From: Longimicrobiales bacterium
GTDB lineage: Bacteria; Gemmatimonadota; Gemmatimonadetes; Longimicrobiales; Gaopeijiaceae
Length of the DNA stretch: 64,000 nucleotides
Direction: 5' to 3'
NCBI GenBank assembly: GCA_965218295.1
Contig: CBDCKN010000003.1
Coordinates: 514,391-578,390 of the forward strand
A program made the translations under genes and the position numbers. Each line of letters begins with the position of its first letter. Position 1 is the first letter of the stretch. This document shows positions 60,446 through 64,000 of the stretch, piece by piece. The notes under the pieces are model-generated. The model saw only the letters and a program-made list of their open reading frames with translations, had not been told where the DNA came from and did not search any database.

Positions 60446-62196
60446 ATGATTGATCCGGCCCATTCGCTAGCGTTCTCGATTCAGGCCAATCCTGGTGTTT
60501 ACGCTGTTCTTGTGGGCTCGGGAGTTTCCAGGGCCGCGAAGATTCCAACGGGTTGGGATATAACCGTTGATTTGGTTCGCAAGCTGTCTAACGTCTACGA
60601 AGAGACATGCGATACTACTCCCGAAAACTGGTATCTAAGCAAGTTTGGAAGGGAAGCAAATTACTCCGACCTTCTCGACGAACTTGCCAAGACGTCGGCC
60701 GAACGACAACAGTTACTCCGTGGATATTGGGAACCGAGTGACCGGGAGCGAGAGGAGGGAGAGAAGGAGCCTACTGCGGCACACCGAGCCATCGCAACCC
60801 TGGTTGCTAGAGGATTCATAAGAGTCATCCTCACCACGAATTTTGACCGTCTAGTGGAAACCCGCCCTAAATGATGAGGGCATTGTACCGACAATCCTGA
60901 GTTCCCCCGATCAGGTTCAGGGGCGGCCACTCCCGTTGATTCACACAAAATGCTGCGTCTTCAAGCTGCATGGAGATTACCTCGATACCCCGCATTAGGA
61001 ATACCCCCGCTGAACTCGATCAGTATCCGCCCGAGTTCGATCGTCTTTTGGATTGCATCTTTGATGATTTCGGTCTGGTCGTGTGCGGCTGGTCAGCCGA
61101 GTGGGACGGAGCTTTGCGCAAGGCAATTTATCGTGCACCGTCGCGTCGCTTCACGACTTACTGGGCCGTACGGAGCACACCAGGAGATGAGGCTCAACGG
61201 CTGATTGACCATCGCAGGGCCCATGTGATTCCCATCGAAGACGCTGATACATTCTTCCAAATGATCCAGCAATCCGTTGAATCCATTGAGGAATTCTCCA
61301 GGCCTCACCCGCTTCTCTACCGAAGCCGCTGTTGCAAGCCTGAAGCGCTACATCTCCGAACCCAGATACCGGCTTCAGCTGTCGGACCTGGTTGATACGA
61401 GCATTGACCGAGTTATCGAGATCACCTCCGGCGAGGCGTTCGCCGTGCAAGGGGGTCCAGAGCCGAGTTCTGAATCGGTGACGGCGCGAGTGCGTGGCTA
61501 CGACGCTGCCTGTTCGACGTTATTAGCGATGTCGACGGTCGGGAGCTATTGGGCAGAAGAGAATCACTATCCCGTGTGGCAACGAGCACTGGAGCGTCTT
61601 GGCTCAATAACATCGAGCAATGGCACCGTCCTGTGGATTGAATTGCAACGATATCCGGCAACGCTCTTACTCTATGCATTGGGACTCGGTGCAGTCGAAT
61701 CTAACCGGCTTCAATTTCTCCGATGCATATTGGACACCACAGGTTCGTCGCGAACAACGGGAGGATGTATCCGCCGTAGAGATACGTCCACCTTTCTGCC
61801 AGTTTCAATCGTTTCAACGCGGCGCGCAAGTGATGCGGTTTCTGGAAGATATGGACAGACGCCACACCCCTATGAATGACTGGGTACACACGACGTTACG
61901 CCCATATTGTAACCGCATAATCCCCGACGACAATCGATACACGTTGGTCTTCGACAAACTCGAAATACTGATGGCACTCAGTTTTCCGCCAAAAAAAGAA
62001 CTGGGTGCCGCCTGGCGCTTTTGGATGGCGAGTTGCGAACAGGGATCGCATTCTTCAGGAGATCGAAGAATCGATTTCAACGAAACAAGACGAATCTCCG
62101 TTCGTGACGTATGGACTTTTCGGCGATAACGCAGAGGATTGTAAGCAAGTACTTGCCTTTCTCAAGGACTCGATTGGACAGTGGACCTGGTACTAG
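60446..62196 (+). CDS. SIR2-like (SIR2_2) NADase-domain protein with multiple apparent frameshifts
   Basis: LVGSGVSR.AKIPTGW, TTNFD, KLHGDY and VCGWSAEWD across consecutive frames. Confidence 0.8.
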
Positions 62197-62603
62197 TGAC
62201 TAGCTGTGGTACGTCTGGCAGAAACCCGGTTCACTTGAAGGCTGCTAGTTAAGCCGGAGCTTGATCCCTCGCGGATTGCGATGCACTTCGGTGATTCAAG
62301 GGAGGTAGCGGGCTTCGGCGTGTCCCTCGCCACCTGGCCTGGCGGAGTTGGACAGTAGATTGGGCGACGGGCAGGGGGCCAGAGAAGGAGGTTGTGAATG
62401 CTCTCGAGGGCTGGAGAGTGCGAAACGAACTGAGGTCATGGGAGGGAGAGCTGCCGGAGCGACGGAGTGTGGGGCGGAAGGCGGAGGTAGTGCTGCGGTT
62501 GCTTTGCGGAGAAGATCTCGGGGAAGTAAGCCGCGAGTGTGGACGCGAGTGAGTCCGGGGAGGGGAAGGCTGTCGAGCGCCGACGGAAAAGCTCAGCGAA
62601 TCG

Positions 62604-63839
62604 TCAACGGATCGGTACCGCGTCCGCTTCTCGAGTCTCGCCGGCCAGGTAGGACGCCCAGTCGTCCATGAGCCGACGGCGGCGCTCGAACAGGTCGGAG
62701 CGCATGTAGGCGGCCTCGACCGGGTTCCGGACTACATGGGCCAGGGCCGCCTCGACGACTTCGCGGGGGTGGTCCGTCTCTTCGGCGGCCCAGTCCCTGA
62801 ACGACGACCTGAACCCATGCGGCACCGCCGCGATCCCGTGCTTCCTGAGCAGCCGGCCCATCTGCTCGCCGCCCATCTCTCTGCCGCGCTTGCCGACGAA
62901 CACGATCGGACTCCCGCCGCCGCCCAGCTTCCGCGCCGCGTCGAGAATCTCCAGCGCGCGGCCGCACAGCGGCACACGGTGCGCGCGCAGGCTCTTCATC
63001 CGGCTCGCGGGGACCGTCCAGACGCGCTCCTCCCGGTCGATCTCGCTCCATACCGCCCCGCGGACCTCGATGCCCCGCGCCGCCGTGAGCACCATGAACT
63101 CGAACGCCAGCGCGTCCACCTTGCCCGCCTTCGCCGCCCGGACCTTCTCGATGGCCGCCCCCACCTCGCGGTGAGACAGGGCCTTCCGGTGTCTGACGAC
63201 ATGTTGCTGGGAGCCGAGCACCGGCAGGAGCCGGTCGCACGGGTTGTCCGTTCTCCAGTCCATGGCGATGGCCCATTCCAGCACGGCGCGGATGCGGTGG
63301 CGAACGATCCGGGCCGTCGGCGGGTTCGCGTGCCAGATGGGTGTGAGGATCTCGAGCACGTCGGCGCTCGTCATCTCGGAGACCGGCACCCTCCCGATCC
63401 TTGGGAAGACGTGAATCTCGAAGCTGCGATACCAGTTCCTCGGCACCGCCGCGTTGCGCCATCCGGCGCTCTTCTGCTCGATGACGCGCTTAGCGGCCTC
63501 GGCGAAGGTGGGAATGCCCGCCGAACGCCGCTTCTCGGCCAGCGGATCGCCGCCCGCGCGGGCAAGCTTGCGGTTGGCCAGCGCCTGCTCCCGCGCCTCG
63601 GCGAGCAAGACCAGTTGGGCGTTGCCGAGTCCGAGCTCGCGCTTGCGGCCCCGGATCACGAGCCGCTGAATCCAACTCCGGGTTCCGGTCTTCTGGACGT
63701 AAAGGTAGAGACCGTTGCCATCGCAGTGCCTGCCGGGCGGTGCCGAGCGCACGAAGGCGGTCGAGAGCCGCTTGTGGGGATGGCGGCCCTTGGGCTTGCC
63801 TAGGCGGCGCTTGATGGGAGATCGAATCACATTATCCAT
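62604..63839 (-). CDS. P4-like tyrosine integrase, paralog of 41280..42512
   Basis: DGNGLYL, LTAAR, RMK, HGFRSSFRDW, ALAH and AY. Confidence 0.95.
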   Translation of the reverse strand: MDNVIRSPIKRRLGKPKGRHPHKRLSTAFVRSAPPGRHCDGNGLYLYVQKTGTRSWIQRLVIRGRKRELGLGNAQLVLLAEAREQALANRKLARAGGDPLAEKRRSAGIPTFAEAAKRVIEQKSAGWRNAAVPRNWYRSFEIHVFPRIGRVPVSEMTSADVLEILTPIWHANPPTARIVRHRIRAVLEWAIAMDWRTDNPCDRLLPVLGSQQHVVRHRKALSHREVGAAIEKVRAAKAGKVDALAFEFMVLTAARGIEVRGAVWSEIDREERVWTVPASRMKSLRAHRVPLCGRALEILDAARKLGGGGSPIVFVGKRGREMGGEQMGRLLRKHGIAAVPHGFRSSFRDWAAEETDHPREVVEAALAHVVRNPVEAAYMRSDLFERRRRLMDDWASYLAGETREADAVPIR

Positions 63840-64000
63840 CCCCCAATCATAACTGGGATGGAACGGGATCGCAAAGGGCACTGCTGGCAGAACGAGACAA
63901 GAAAGAAACTACGTAACCTGTTGTAAATACTGGATGTTATGCACCTACCCGGAACTCCTTGGACGGTATCGAATTCAAGTTGTGCGTTTTACGGCAAGAA

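Noticed and set aside
28905..62365. Short IS3-like end motifs near 28905, 37525 and 62335
   Set aside because: No associated transposase or TSD; too degenerate to delimit
1..64000. Retron, DGR, CRISPR-Cas, rRNA or tRNA genes
   Set aside because: No reverse transcriptase, cas or structural RNA signatures recognised by eye; tRNAscan/Infernal were not run

Overview
GC-rich bacterial DNA. A Gemmatimonadota-like origin is possible but is only weak inference from protein style. Bases 1-10.8 kb hold ordinary chromosomal genes: a peroxiredoxin tail, an MBL-like/D-2-hydroxyacid dehydrogenase fusion, an ABC-class ATPase, an M16 peptidase, DinB and DUF1697. Bases 10.8-13.2 kb are a mosaic of gene fragments. 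From about 13.2 kb to the window end is a composite defence/mobile island built from stacked integrative elements: three full-length tyrosine integrases, at least four integrase remnants, AlpA, a Cro-like gene, MobC/relaxase and VirB8-like fragments, and an oriT-like site. It is heavily invaded by IS1595, IS3 (x3), IS481 (x3), IS256 and IS21 elements, and most of their target-site duplications can be read directly. Cargo includes a SNF2/DUF1156/DUF499 restriction-like operon with an embedded reader-nuclease gene, a coupled SocA/YwgA-like + proteasome-beta-like (Ntn) peptidase pair, DUF6884 + GIY-YIG-like, DUF2188/hypothetical/DUF488, HNH, HEPN, DUF4160 + XRE and SIR2 genes. The best novelty candidates are the SocA-like/Ntn-peptidase pair, a four-copy covarying three-way-junction element with spaced 6-bp boxes, and a C2H2 zinc-finger passenger in the IS1595 element. 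No rRNA, tRNA or CRISPR array was seen. Family names come from motif recognition by eye, not database searches. Many frameshifts look like homopolymer sequencing errors.
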